IMG/VR virus record: IMGVR_UViG_3300013132_005385
Coordinates: 55,742 to 119,741 of that record
Strand: one strand, 5' to 3'
DNA from: a virus
DNA length: 64,000 nucleotides
The translations under genes and the position numbers were made by a program. Shown piece by piece: positions 20,244 through 30,106 of the stretch. Every line of letters starts with the position of its first letter. Within the stretch, counting starts at the first letter, position 1. Below the pieces are notes generated by a model. The model searched no databases. It was not told where the DNA came from and worked only from the letters and a program-made list of their open reading frames with translations.

Positions 20244-22514
20244 CTAAGCGGGGCGACTTCCTGTTTCTTGTCCATAGAACATGGTTGCTTTCCATTGAAC
20301 CTTAATTAGATCCTCATAACCATCGATTCTCCATGCGGCTAGTTGACCTTCTCTCGGATCGTCTGGATTTCTATAAGATTCCCAAAGAATAACAGAAGAT
20401 GTATCGCTGCTTCCGGAAGTTGATTCAGAATGCGTGACGTTGAAATCTTCACCATCATTAGAAACGATGATATTTCCTACTATCGTTCCAGAATTCTCAC
20501 TATACGCATGATAATCAATAACTGCCCCTCTGAAATTTCCAAATCCTCCAGGACTATCATCCGGGTTAAACCAAACCTGTGGATCACCTCCTCTAGTGTA
20601 TCTTATGGTTAAAGGATCTCCTTGAGTTATATCTAATACATTGGCTCCTTCGCCTGTCCGTACTTGAACATACCATCCTCCGGAATCCCCATAACCTGCA
20701 GCTCTCACCCCATTCCAACTATCTCCGGAATCCGAGCTAATAAATATATTTCTAACTCCGGGTTGATTGAATTCGGTAGCTTCTGTTTCATTATCTACTT
20801 CGAAATAAGCATAGGGCCCATCAGAATCGAATTTGGCGGTGGATCCTATTTCATAATTTACAGATCGAGTCACTAAAACTTCTTTGTAACCATACCATTC
20901 TTCGATTCTTCTATGAAAAGGTCCTTTGAATTTTATATGATTATTAGCGGAAGTTTTTTGAAGAGTTCCATCAGCAAATCGTATTCCTTCATTTATTTTA
21001 GTTAAATCAATTTCAGTTCGTATGTAACTGAAAGCTCCACCTCCATCTCTTTGCCAATTTGTGAATTTAATTGTATAGTATTTACTAGTTGAAGGTACTT
21101 TCATTACTGCTTCGGCTCCATCTATCTTATTTCCAATTCCCCAATATCCTTGAGCAGCGAAGAAATTCGTATATTCTCGAGATTCAATATCACTAAGATC
21201 TTCATTTCCTTCGAAATTCCAAAGAGTTCCTCCAGGACTCACGTCCTCATCCCAAGAACCTTCGTCATAGGGGTTGTAAATTGCTTTTGAAGAATCTCTG
21301 GTTATAGCAATTACTCCAGGTTCGATTTCGTCTATTTCGCTTCCGTCAGTTGTGTGAACAAACATAATATCCGGATCGATTTGTTGTCTGGTATAATTGA
21401 ATCCTCCTCCATTTCCTTGTCCGGTCCATTGGTTAAATTTAATAGCCCAATATTTGTCGTTGATTTCATCGTACATGACCCATTCAGTGCCTACTATGTA
21501 TTGACCAACGTTCCCAACAAAAGCCTCAACCCAATTTTTGTAGATTCTGCTCTTTATATTTGTTAGATCTGCCCAACCATCGATATTCCATTTAGTTCCT
21601 TTAGGGCTTAAATATCCACTAACTGGTAAATTATCATTCCATCCCGCTTCCAGTTCAGTATTAAATATTCCTTGATTTGAACCTCGGCTGATGCTTAGAC
21701 CTGCATCTATCACATCATTCACGAAGAAAGGATCGGAATAACCCGGTTTTGTAAAAGTAACTAACTCTCCGATATCTTCTCCTGTAACTCCATCTACTTG
21801 TTGTCGAGTATAAGCAAAAGGAGCACCAGAATTAGCATTACCCCATTGAGTGAAATCTATTTTGTAGTATTTGTTGTTAGCTTCATCTTTCATAATGAAG
21901 TTTGGCGCAAGAACATTATTTCCTAAAGATCCCCCGACTGCATCGTAAAATGTTTCGTACTCTCTAGCATTAAGATTTGTTAGATCTCCCCATCCTTCTG
22001 TATTCCATCCTGTATTTTTTGGGCTCTTATGAAGTTCAAAATCATTATCGTTACCATCCCATTCAGGCTCTAATTCTGGATTGTATATTCCTTGATTTTC
22101 GCCTCTAGTGATAGAAATATCCGTATCAATCGAATCAACTTCATCTCCGTAATTTGTTTTGGTGAAATTGACAGGCTCTCCTATGAAAAAATTGATGGTT
22201 GTGGCATCGTTGGTAAGTTCAAGGTTTGTTATCGTTGTAGATCCTTCTCCTCCAGATCCGGTAGGTCCTTGTGGACCGGTAGCTCCTAGATCCCCTTGTG
22301 GACCGGTAGCTCCTAGATCCCCTTGTGGACCGGTAGCTCCTAGATCACCTTGTGGACCCGTTGATCCTTGTGGACCTGTTGGACCAGAAGAAATTTCCGT
22401 TATAAATAGATTCCCGGGAAATTTTTTGGTGATCCCCTCCTGTGATCCTAAAATGTAATCCCCCGGTCCTAAAGTTGATGCTGGGGGAAATTCCGTTATT
22501 TTTCTTTTTGCCAT
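20244..22514 (-). CDS. virion protein with collagen linker and three internal ~125-aa repeats
   Basis: KITEFP N-terminus, GPQGDLGAT repeats, 3x ITRG.N..I.N...SP..T.WN...Y..I.F..W. Confidence 0.65.
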   Translation of the reverse strand: MAKRKITEFPPASTLGPGDYILGSQEGITKKFPGNLFITEISSGPTGPQGSTGPQGDLGATGPQGDLGATGPQGDLGATGPQGPTGSGGEGSTTITNLELTNDATTINFFIGEPVNFTKTNYGDEVDSIDTDISITRGENQGIYNPELEPEWDGNDNDFELHKSPKNTGWNTEGWGDLTNLNAREYETFYDAVGGSLGNNVLAPNFIMKDEANNKYYKIDFTQWGNANSGAPFAYTRQQVDGVTGEDIGELVTFTKPGYSDPFFVNDVIDAGLSISRGSNQGIFNTELEAGWNDNLPVSGYLSPKGTKWNIDGWADLTNIKSRIYKNWVEAFVGNVGQYIVGTEWVMYDEINDKYWAIKFNQWTGQGNGGGFNYTRQQIDPDIMFVHTTDGSEIDEIEPGVIAITRDSSKAIYNPYDEGSWDEDVSPGGTLWNFEGNEDLSDIESREYTNFFAAQGYWGIGNKIDGAEAVMKVPSTSKYYTIKFTNWQRDGGGAFSYIRTEIDLTKINEGIRFADGTLQKTSANNHIKFKGPFHRRIEEWYGYKEVLVTRSVNYEIGSTAKFDSDGPYAYFEVDNETEATEFNQPGVRNIFISSDSGDSWNGVRAAGYGDSGGWYVQVRTGEGANVLDITQGDPLTIRYTRGGDPQVWFNPDDSPGGFGNFRGAVIDYHAYSENSGTIVGNIIVSNDGEDFNVTHSESTSGSSDTSSVILWESYRNPDDPREGQLAAWRIDGYEDLIKVQWKATMFYGQETGSRPA
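22267..22358 (-). repeat. 27-nt tandem repeat (GPQGDLGAT x3)
   Basis: ccttgtggaccggtagctcctagatc repeated. Confidence 0.9.
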
Positions 22515-22524
22515 TTTTTTAATT

Positions 22525-23115
22525 TTATTCGAAATCTATATAGTATCCATTTTCCGATGTAATAAAATAGCCATCCTCTGAAGTGATATAGTCACTGTTA
22601 GATGGAGTTACCGTGTTTGGAGGATTGGATCCTATTATAACTTGTATATTTATCCTTACCGTTTGGGGATTATATAGAAGCATTCCGCCCTGTTCAAAAT
22701 AAGGAGAGGATATGCCACTTCCGTCCGGAGATATGTCCCACCCCCTGCCCGGAGCATCAGAAGCTGGATTTCCTGTTAATACCATAATATCACCCATGGG
22801 AAGCGTTCTCCCCTGGTTTATAAAATTAATAAACCTTAGAGACGGATCTAATGATGTGGGATATGATGCCTTTATTATTATGAGCTTTACTTCTCCGTTT
22901 ATATCTATTCCCTCCGGATTTAAAAGAAATGATAGTCCAGGTTCAAGGCAAGTGCTAAAGGCTGAAAAATCATCTATCGAAATTCCAAAATCGCAAAGAC
23001 TAAACGTGGATTTTACTGTTGTTCCCTCGAGCATTTTAATCTCGCACCTGTCCATGACTATTCCCTGGAAGGTATTATAAACACTCGAAGAGCAAACTAG
23101 TGGAGGAGTAGCCAT
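22525..23115 (-). CDS. hypothetical virion protein, paralogue of adjacent gene
   Basis: SLCDF, G.V..II.K..YP.SL shared with neighbour; C-terminal ITSEDG repeats. Confidence 0.6.
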   Translation of the reverse strand: MATPPLVCSSSVYNTFQGIVMDRCEIKMLEGTTVKSTFSLCDFGISIDDFSAFSTCLEPGLSFLLNPEGIDINGEVKLIIIKASYPTSLDPSLRFINFINQGRTLPMGDIMVLTGNPASDAPGRGWDISPDGSGISSPYFEQGGMLLYNPQTVRINIQVIIGSNPPNTVTPSNSDYITSEDGYFITSENGYYIDFE

Positions 23116-23687
23116 TAATTAAAAATCATTATTTCAACCTGAACGGCCGCTATGTTTGGATTACTTAATAAAAATCCACCGAAAGATATACTTGGAGATG
23201 CTGGTGTTGGTTGTATAGAAGGTGAAAAAGGAGGAACGGGATTGTTTCCTGAATAATTAGTCATGTCCCATCCATTATATAATGCTCTTCCAGATAAAAC
23301 CATGAGAGTTTCTATCGGTCCCACCCATCCATTATATTCAAAAGTAATGTATCTATCGGCACCGACCAAGGAACTTGGATATTTAACCTTAAATATTATC
23401 ATTTGAACTTGCCCGGTACTTCCCACTATCTCCGGTGCTGTAATGATTTGATTTCCATTAGCAGCAAGAACTATGGATTTTTTTATGAAACCCCCGCATC
23501 CATCAAATCCTGGGAAAGCATCAGCTTTATTTAGACTAAGATCGCAAAGACTTACCGATGATAAAACACTTGAACCTTCACTAAGAGTTAATTCGCACCC
23601 TTGAAAAGATACCACCCTTTGTTTGGTTGGTGAGCAGTTTAGATATTTAATATATCTTTGATCTGTTGAGTTAATACTTCCTATCAT
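23115..23687 (-). CDS. hypothetical virion protein, paralogue of adjacent gene
   Basis: SLCDL, GQVQMIIFKVKYPSSL, GG.LL.NP. Confidence 0.6.
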   Translation of the reverse strand: MIGSINSTDQRYIKYLNCSPTKQRVVSFQGCELTLSEGSSVLSSVSLCDLSLNKADAFPGFDGCGGFIKKSIVLAANGNQIITAPEIVGSTGQVQMIIFKVKYPSSLVGADRYITFEYNGWVGPIETLMVLSGRALYNGWDMTNYSGNNPVPPFSPSIQPTPASPSISFGGFLLSNPNIAAVQVEIMIFN

Positions 23688-23739
23688 TCTGAATATAACT
23701 TGGCCTTGTCTTGTATATATTCATATTCTGTAGAAGTTA

Positions 23740-24903
23740 CTATCTAAGTTTGGTTGGATCAACAGCTTGTTTAGGGGCAATAATTTTATCCTGCTTGTAT
23801 CCAAGAAATTTTCCATTTCTTGTTGATGTTACCACGGTTAAATCCTCTTTAATCTCTGGACTTGATATCACATGAGATTTGTCCATTTCATCTGGATCTA
23901 AAATTATATTTTCCATATTGGAATTTTCAATTAAATCCCCTTGGATATGATATTCTGTGCTTTCGCTTTGATCTAAGAATTCATTTGAATCTGATATCTC
24001 ATGGTTAATTGCTTTTTCTTTATTATCTGCAGATGAAATTTCTAAATCTGATACATTTTTCTCTGATTTATCCTCCTCGTTAACTTCTTCCTTATTTTTG
24101 GATGGTTCTGAATTCTTCGAAAACGCAAAATTGGCTGCAATTACTAAGGCAATTGCTAGTGGATCAAACACTAACATTAAAGCAATTATATACCAATTAA
24201 CAACGGTTGATAGGGATTTTCCTGTTATCCCTGCTATATACTTTATTGGCCCAATTTCTTGAGCTATATCTTTATTAGAGTTTATCTTCATAATCTCTAC
24301 ATCCTTAGAAGCTATCTGTCTATTCTTTGATGATAGAGAATCATTAAGTACCTTAAGCTCAGAATCCAAAGTCTTTATATTAGACTCTACACCAGCAATT
24401 TGTGATGTGATTGATCTTGTGGACTTGTTGGCGTTAATTAAATTGTCTTGTGTTCCTTGCTGTTTGGTCCTTATTTCAGATAGAGATCCTATTCTTTTAT
24501 TTTTATCATTTATCTGCCTTGTTATGTTTTCTATTTCACTTTGCAATATCTTCTTGTCCCCCTCTATTAGTTCTATTTCTTGTTTACTGTTCTCTAATTT
24601 AAAAGCGGTCTCCTGATATGCAGAGGATAAAAATCCATAGATCCCTGCCGATGTGATCCCTATAAGTATTAAAACAGAGATCATAAAATATATTCTCAGC
24701 AGCTTATTAATAGATCCCCAGTACTGATGTAGAAGAGATGCTATGACTATTTTGGCAAACTCCAAGCTTCCAGCCATTATCATAACCTGAAGAGATGCGC
24801 CTGCAAACATTTTCCCTATCCCGTAAACGGAATAGAATGCCGCAGAACCAGAAACTAGAAAAGCAGACAAAGCTATTAAATATGGAAAGATTTTTTGCTT
24901 CAT
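23740..24903 (-). CDS. membrane protein with coiled coil
   Basis: Three N-terminal hydrophobic helices, coiled coil, VFDPLAIAL helix; start reassigned to MKQKIF downstream of GATATATA. Confidence 0.7.
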   Translation of the reverse strand: MKQKIFPYLIALSAFLVSGSAAFYSVYGIGKMFAGASLQVMIMAGSLEFAKIVIASLLHQYWGSINKLLRIYFMISVLILIGITSAGIYGFLSSAYQETAFKLENSKQEIELIEGDKKILQSEIENITRQINDKNKRIGSLSEIRTKQQGTQDNLINANKSTRSITSQIAGVESNIKTLDSELKVLNDSLSSKNRQIASKDVEIMKINSNKDIAQEIGPIKYIAGITGKSLSTVVNWYIIALMLVFDPLAIALVIAANFAFSKNSEPSKNKEEVNEEDKSEKNVSDLEISSADNKEKAINHEISDSNEFLDQSESTEYHIQGDLIENSNMENIILDPDEMDKSHVISSPEIKEDLTVVTSTRNGKFLGYKQDKIIAPKQAVDPTKLR

Positions 24904-24937
24904 AATTATCCAAATTCTTTTTGTATATATCGGAAAA

Positions 24938-24962
24938 TAAAAAGGCCCCATGAAAGGGCCTT
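24938..24962 (-). terminator. intrinsic terminator
   Basis: AAGGCCC/GGGCCTT stem plus T tract. Confidence 0.65.
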
Positions 24963-24987
24963 AATTTTAGATCTAAATTTTTATGAT

Positions 24988-25461
24988 TTAAGCAGTTTCA
25001 AGACCCTGCTGTGCAGCTGCTAATTCAGCTTCTAAATCCTTAATTTCCTTGTTATCCGGAGCCAATGAGTATAAAGCTTCTTCCATATTTTTTAAAATTG
25101 CAATGTGAGAAATAGCTTGCACCGATCCTTTTCCTTTATGAGAGTTCAGAAAGAAATGCGATGCTTCTATTTCTAGGTTTCTCAAATAGATCACATTGTC
25201 TTTTATCCCATTTTTTTCAATCTCCGATATTCTTTTGTTTATCTCAACTACGCCTAATGACTGTTTACCAATCCATTCAACATCATTTTCAAAGAATGTT
25301 TTATACGATTCAAAATCGGTTTTTCCCATTTTTACCGCATACAACTTGGTAGAAATCTCCTTTCTCTTCTTCTCGAGTTTATTTGTGAGGTCTTTGACCT
25401 TTTTTTCGTCGATTTTTGGTGCTGAATTTTCCATAGTGACTACTTTAACTTCTTTTTCCAT
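24988..25461 (-). CDS. hypothetical protein
   Basis: ORF; likely start MEKEVK after AT-rich leader. Confidence 0.6.
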   Translation of the reverse strand: MEKEVKVVTMENSAPKIDEKKVKDLTNKLEKKRKEISTKLYAVKMGKTDFESYKTFFENDVEWIGKQSLGVVEINKRISEIEKNGIKDNVIYLRNLEIEASHFFLNSHKGKGSVQAISHIAILKNMEEALYSLAPDNKEIKDLEAELAAAQQGLETA

Positions 25462-25495
25462 TTTAATATGTTTTAACCTTTTTAGATAATATTGA

Positions 25496-26248
25496 TTAGA
25501 TAGTTTCCAGATCCATATAGTTGTTTCTAAATTTTTCAAGTAAATCTAGAAATATTCTAAGGTAATCTTTTAGCTCGTGGTCGTGAACTATAAAAGTTTG
25601 TATTTGGTTTGAATTCTCATTGGATACTCTAATCCTACCCATAACAGGAATCTCTCCATATTTCTCTGCACACATAAACATATATGCAGCTATTTGTAAT
25701 TTATACCCTAGAATATCCTCTTCATTCTTTTCGCTCGTTGATGATTTGAAATCGTCTACCACTAATTTTTTATCATGATTTCTGAAAACAAAATCCGAAG
25801 CTCCTGCCCAGCCTCCTTTGAATTTTGTCCAAAGAAAAACTTCATTTTCAACCACCTCGGATATGGATTCCCAGAAATTGTCATGATAAAAATTCCAGAA
25901 CAGGTTTCTAGCTTTATTTACTATTTTCATTCTCGCTACATCAGAGTTATTTGCCTCCTCTAATGCGTATTCTTGAGCTGTTTTAAGAGCTTTTTCAACA
26001 TCCCTTGATTTATCCCATTCGAGGAGAAATAATTCAAGCATACGGTGCATAATTGTGCCTCTGTCAGCTGCATTGGATAAGATCTTTTCCCACCTATCAT
26101 TTCCAAACTCCTCCCTTAATTTTTCATATTTTTTATTCTCGAGAAGCTTAAGCACAGTAGTAACTGAGGGGAATATCATTTCATTATCACCTTCCTTTAC
26201 TACATATGCTCTACCCCACGGATAGGCCCTTCTTTCTATTGTCTGCAT
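25496..26248 (-). CDS. PD-(D/E)XK exonuclease
   Basis: PSVTTVL, RGT.MH, E, G..D, DFKSS, Q..AY. Confidence 0.85.
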   Translation of the reverse strand: MQTIERRAYPWGRAYVVKEGDNEMIFPSVTTVLKLLENKKYEKLREEFGNDRWEKILSNAADRGTIMHRMLELFLLEWDKSRDVEKALKTAQEYALEEANNSDVARMKIVNKARNLFWNFYHDNFWESISEVVENEVFLWTKFKGGWAGASDFVFRNHDKKLVVDDFKSSTSEKNEEDILGYKLQIAAYMFMCAEKYGEIPVMGRIRVSNENSNQIQTFIVHDHELKDYLRIFLDLLEKFRNNYMDLETI

Positions 26249-26751
26249 TACGCTTTAATAAAATCTATAAGAGATAGGAGTCCTGAAGAAGTTTTCGATA
26301 TAAGAAAGGTGAAAATTGAAAATTTCATTTGGAGCCACCACAATAATACTATACCAAATATTCTAGTAAAGATCCAGGTCAAAGAAAATCTTTGAAAAAC
26401 CGGATAATAAATTACTAGGTATGAATCTGTTCCCTCGAGTGGTTTAAATTCTGGCATTATGATCTCATGTAAATTAAGACTTGTCAGATACTCGTTAATG
26501 GGGCGAATTTCCTCTAGAACATAAGCAGGCCGGATCTCTTCGGGAGCATCAGGTGATAAAGTTACCTCTGGTGGAAGATTCACAACTGTGTATATTCTTC
26601 CTATCCAGTCGGATCTGAGATTAAATTTTTGCCAAGTAATGGTATTTCTTTCTTTCTTAATAGTTTTTTTAAGAAATAGGTAATTGTTTATATCATTAAT
26701 TACCTGAAAAAATGGAAGTCTCATATGATAATAATTTAGTCGACGAAACAT
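26248..26751 (-). CDS. hypothetical membrane-anchored protein
   Basis: C-terminal hydrophobic helix. Confidence 0.6.
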   Translation of the reverse strand: MFRRLNYYHMRLPFFQVINDINNYLFLKKTIKKERNTITWQKFNLRSDWIGRIYTVVNLPPEVTLSPDAPEEIRPAYVLEEIRPINEYLTSLNLHEIIMPEFKPLEGTDSYLVIYYPVFQRFSLTWIFTRIFGIVLLWWLQMKFSIFTFLISKTSSGLLSLIDFIKA

Positions 26752-27344
26752 AATTTAGCATCGGGAAACATTTCCCTTACTTTTAGACGTGCCCTTCTAA
26801 TTCTTGTTGCAACTGCTCTTTTCTTCATGCCGTGTTTTTCCGCAATGTCCTGATATTTCATTTTATGAATTTCTCTATCTATAAGTATTTCTTTATAGAT
26901 CTCGGGAAGATCTTTCATTTTGTGAACCACATTGTCATATAAGCAGTCTAGTTCTCCAAATCTGTCACTAAGGTTCCAATCCGGTTCTGAATATGATTCT
27001 AGCTCAGAATGAACTGTTTCCTCGCCGGACTCATTTACTCTGATAGATTCAGTAATTAGAGGCATATATCTATTTTTAGTCTTCTTTATTAGCAATGATT
27101 CATTTCTTGCTATATTATATGCCCACGTTGAAAAATTTCCCCTTAAGGGATCGTACTGTGACATCTTTGTCCATATCTTAGCCATTGTGTTCGAGAAGGC
27201 ATCTTCCGAAGTTTCTTCGTCTATTAAAATAGCCCTGCAATGGTTAAGTAGTCCGGGCTTTAGTCTTTTATATAAATCTATAAAGTGTTTTTCATCTGAA
27301 GTGTTTAAAAAGTTTTCTGCTAGTTCCTGTATGTTTTTTGGCAT
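26736..27344 (-). CDS. ECF-type sigma-70 factor
   Basis: Region 2 YDPLRGNFSTWAYNIARN; region 4 LPEIYKE...MKYQDIAE...VATRIRRAR. Confidence 0.9.
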   Translation of the reverse strand: MPKNIQELAENFLNTSDEKHFIDLYKRLKPGLLNHCRAILIDEETSEDAFSNTMAKIWTKMSQYDPLRGNFSTWAYNIARNESLLIKKTKNRYMPLITESIRVNESGEETVHSELESYSEPDWNLSDRFGELDCLYDNVVHKMKDLPEIYKEILIDREIHKMKYQDIAEKHGMKKRAVATRIRRARLKVREMFPDAKLCFVD

Positions 27345-27354
27345 TTTCCCCTGA

Positions 27355-27810
27355 TTATTTTAAATTTATTCGTATTATTTCTATTCCTGCTTTTTGGAAG
27401 AGATTAAAAGAATCTGTGTTTCTATACATTTCAGAAAAAACTATTCTTTTGATCCCCGCCTGAATTATTAGCTTAGCGCAGCTAAAGCATGGCGAGAGTG
27501 TCACATATAAAGTGGATCCTTGCGAGCTTACTGTGCTTTTGGCTAACTTTGTAATGGCGTTTGCTTCTGCGTGAAGAACAATATCCAGGGTTTCTCCCTT
27601 TTCATTTTCACAGCAATTTGGAAATCCGGATGGAGTACCATTATATCCATCTGATATTATCACACGATCCTTCACTATAAGACAACCGACCTGGCTTCTC
27701 TTACAATGAGAATTTTCAGCCCATATATGAGCCATTCTCAAGTATACCGAATCTATCTTATATTGTTTTGGATCTGGATTCTGATTAGGACTGTGGATCT
27801 GTAGAGTCAT
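27355..27810 (-). CDS. dCMP deaminase
   Basis: SHCKR..VG, GYNGTP, HAEANA, PCFSC. Confidence 0.92.
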   Translation of the reverse strand: MTLQIHSPNQNPDPKQYKIDSVYLRMAHIWAENSHCKRSQVGCLIVKDRVIISDGYNGTPSGFPNCCENEKGETLDIVLHAEANAITKLAKSTVSSQGSTLYVTLSPCFSCAKLIIQAGIKRIVFSEMYRNTDSFNLFQKAGIEIIRINLK

Positions 27811-28033
27811 CTCTCACCTCTATTACCTCGGTTCTGAATCTTTCCACTAGTTGATATACTTCTCCTAGTCTAAAAGTTCCTAGAAGAACTATAACGGAAT
27901 TAATCTCATCTTCTGATAATTCCGATTTCTCTTGATCGTTTAAAACGTCAAGTGCTTTTTTGTAGCCTCCGTATGAATTTAAAAATTCCAAAACGTCAGC
28001 TTTTAATTCCTGTGTGATCTTAAAATTTGCCAT
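27785..28033 (-). CDS. hypothetical protein
   Basis: 82-aa ORF, first gene after a host-type promoter. Confidence 0.6.
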   Translation of the reverse strand: MANFKITQELKADVLEFLNSYGGYKKALDVLNDQEKSELSEDEINSVIVLLGTFRLGEVYQLVERFRTEVIEVRDDSTDPQS

Positions 28034-28049
28034 AGTTTATTTTTTTCTG

Positions 28050-28057
28050 CAAATATA
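28050..28057 (-). promoter_or_regulatory. Bacteroidota-type -7 promoter element (TAnnTTTG) heading the ECF sigma operon
   Basis: TATATTTG 16 nt upstream of start; similar sites near 1972, 49398, 50078, 60579, 62730. Confidence 0.65.
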
Positions 28058-28083
28058 AAAAAAATTTTTGAATGTTTCTGATA

Positions 28084-29880
28084 TTAATCAAATTTATTTC
28101 CTGAGCTGGTTACAATAAGGGGTCCATTTAGTGTTTCTCTGATTTCCTGCATCACCATAAGTATGGAAGCAAGTACTTCCTGATCTGATCCACCTTTTGA
28201 ACCCTCCGATGATTTTTCGCTCGAGGACCCTGTACTTTTTACTGCGGATTCAGTTTTTGTTTCACTCATTACACCAGCTTCTCCTGTTGCTTGTGATTCA
28301 GGTTTTTCATTTTCCACTTGTGAAGCGGATACTGATTCCTGTGAAGTCTTAGATACTGGAGCGGGTATCTCCTTGGACATCTTTAATGGGGAACTTTCTA
28401 TTTTAGCCTGTAATGCAGATGGTGACTTAGCTGTTTGTTCCGTCTGTTTTATTGATTCTATAGAAACAGGAGATGTTGTTTGGGCAATTTCCTTGGATAC
28501 CTCCTGTATTTTTTTACCCTCCGTTTTCTTCTCAGTCTTCTCCCCTGATTCTGACTCTTTTGTGGATTTCTTTTTAAGCCCACTAAGTAATCCTCCAAGA
28601 CCTAAGCTATCTAAAAATCCCTGCATTGGGGATTCGGCAGCAGACTCACCCTTTTCTTCTGTTGAAACAGGCTCTACTGCTCCTGATGCAGGCTCCGTTT
28701 TTTCTGTTGATTCAGATCCCTCTATTTTTTGTATAGAAGCAGGTTGAGAAGCAGTCGTAGAGGGAGTGGACGGTGGTGCTGAAACAGCAGGGGTTTCCAA
28801 TGATTTAGCCTCGCCTACGCTTTCCATTGAAGGCTTAGAAACTTCCGTTTTAATTCCGGCTTCAGTTTTTATTTCCCCCGCTTCTGGGGATTTTAAAGCG
28901 GACGAAACAGCTTCCACTGGTGCGGGTTCTTTTTTCTCTCCGATTGAGATAGTTTCCTCCTTGGGTATAGCTATCGGTTCTTTAGATCCCTCTGTTTTTT
29001 TAGCTTCTTCCCCTACCGATTCTATACTTTTTGTTTCGCTCTTGAGAGTTTCTAATGTTTTTGTTTCGCTCTTGAGAGTTTCTAATGTTTTAGTTTCGGT
29101 TTTTTCTGTAGTTGTGCTAGATGTTTCCTTCTCCTTTGTCGTCTCGGTCTTAATCTCATTTTTTACGCCTTCTAGCGATTTAGGATTAAATGATTTTAGG
29201 GCTTCGTCGAATTTTTTTTCCGCATCATTAAAATCGGGGTTTTTTATCCCAAGTTCTTTTAGAAGTAAAGCTACTCCATTTAATAATATATTATGCTTAG
29301 ATAGGGTATCATTGAGCATTTTCATGTTCATTTCCGGACCCGGATTTTTAACAAGATCTTCAGTTTGTAGAAAAAGATCCATTAGACTCCTTAAAGTACC
29401 AGCACCAGATTCTTCCACTCTACTTGACACGTCTTCGAATGAATCTGCTCCTTCCAAATCCTTTATTCTGATGTGCCCTGAAATAATTTCGGATATTGGT
29501 CTGGTTAATATATCATTAGCATACCTAGACCTTGTTGCTGCGACCTTCTCAGCTTTTTCTTTGATTGCTACCTCCTCTATGGATTCGCCTTCTTCTAATT
29601 TCTTCTTGAATGATGTTATCTCTTTCCCTATGACAGGGGAAAAGAAATCATAAGCTTCCTTCTTGGATGCTTTTTCAGGATCTATTTTTTGTTCAGCTGC
29701 TGAAACCTCTTCAATGAATGCCTTTCTTACCTCTCCTGATACCTCCCCTACAGCTTTAATGTTCTTAGCTGAATCACCCAATTCAGTAGTTCCTCTTGAT
29801 GCAATAAACCGATCAAGGGTTTTTTTATCCTCCGTAATATCTTTTCCAGAAAAAACCCGTCCTTTATTTTCTTCAGCCAA
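28084..29880 (-). CDS. low-complexity E/K/S/T-rich protein at the tape-measure/hub (gp29-like) position
   Basis: Follows gp26/gp51-like genes; helical N-half, disordered C-half. Confidence 0.45.
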   Translation of the reverse strand: MAEENKGRVFSGKDITEDKKTLDRFIASRGTTELGDSAKNIKAVGEVSGEVRKAFIEEVSAAEQKIDPEKASKKEAYDFFSPVIGKEITSFKKKLEEGESIEEVAIKEKAEKVAATRSRYANDILTRPISEIISGHIRIKDLEGADSFEDVSSRVEESGAGTLRSLMDLFLQTEDLVKNPGPEMNMKMLNDTLSKHNILLNGVALLLKELGIKNPDFNDAEKKFDEALKSFNPKSLEGVKNEIKTETTKEKETSSTTTEKTETKTLETLKSETKTLETLKSETKSIESVGEEAKKTEGSKEPIAIPKEETISIGEKKEPAPVEAVSSALKSPEAGEIKTEAGIKTEVSKPSMESVGEAKSLETPAVSAPPSTPSTTASQPASIQKIEGSESTEKTEPASGAVEPVSTEEKGESAAESPMQGFLDSLGLGGLLSGLKKKSTKESESGEKTEKKTEGKKIQEVSKEIAQTTSPVSIESIKQTEQTAKSPSALQAKIESSPLKMSKEIPAPVSKTSQESVSASQVENEKPESQATGEAGVMSETKTESAVKSTGSSSEKSSEGSKGGSDQEVLASILMVMQEIRETLNGPLIVTSSGNKFD

Positions 29881-29917
29881 TTTAGTGAGATTTTTGATTT
29901 ATATACCCCAAAATTAC

Positions 29918-30106
29918 CTACTTGTTGGAAAAGGAGAATATTTCTGTTAGATCCCCATTGTTGCGGGATTTATTTATGGATTCTATCTTGGCGTTTAGTC
30001 TCTCTATGATATCATAGAATTCGAAATAGGGCATTCTTTCAAAAATATCCGGAGACATTTTAAATTCCTCCCAAAGCCTAAATCTCAGCTCATAATAGTT
30101 GTCCAA
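29918..30106 (-). CDS. baseplate hub assembly protein (T4 gp51-like)
   Basis: NYY...F.L......S....E.MP..E pattern; directly after gp26-like gene. Confidence 0.6.
   Translation of the reverse strand: MDNYYELRFRLWEEFKMSPDIFERMPYFEFYDIIERLNAKIESINKSRNNGDLTEIFSFSNK

Noticed and set aside
25496-26248. Cas4 / CRISPR system
   Set aside because: PD-(D/E)XK nuclease without the Fe-S cysteines, and no cas genes or array nearby.
28766-29653. 295-aa plus-strand ORF and the many other plus-strand ORFs in the track
   Set aside because: Antisense shadows of well-supported minus-strand genes, with no motifs or promoters.
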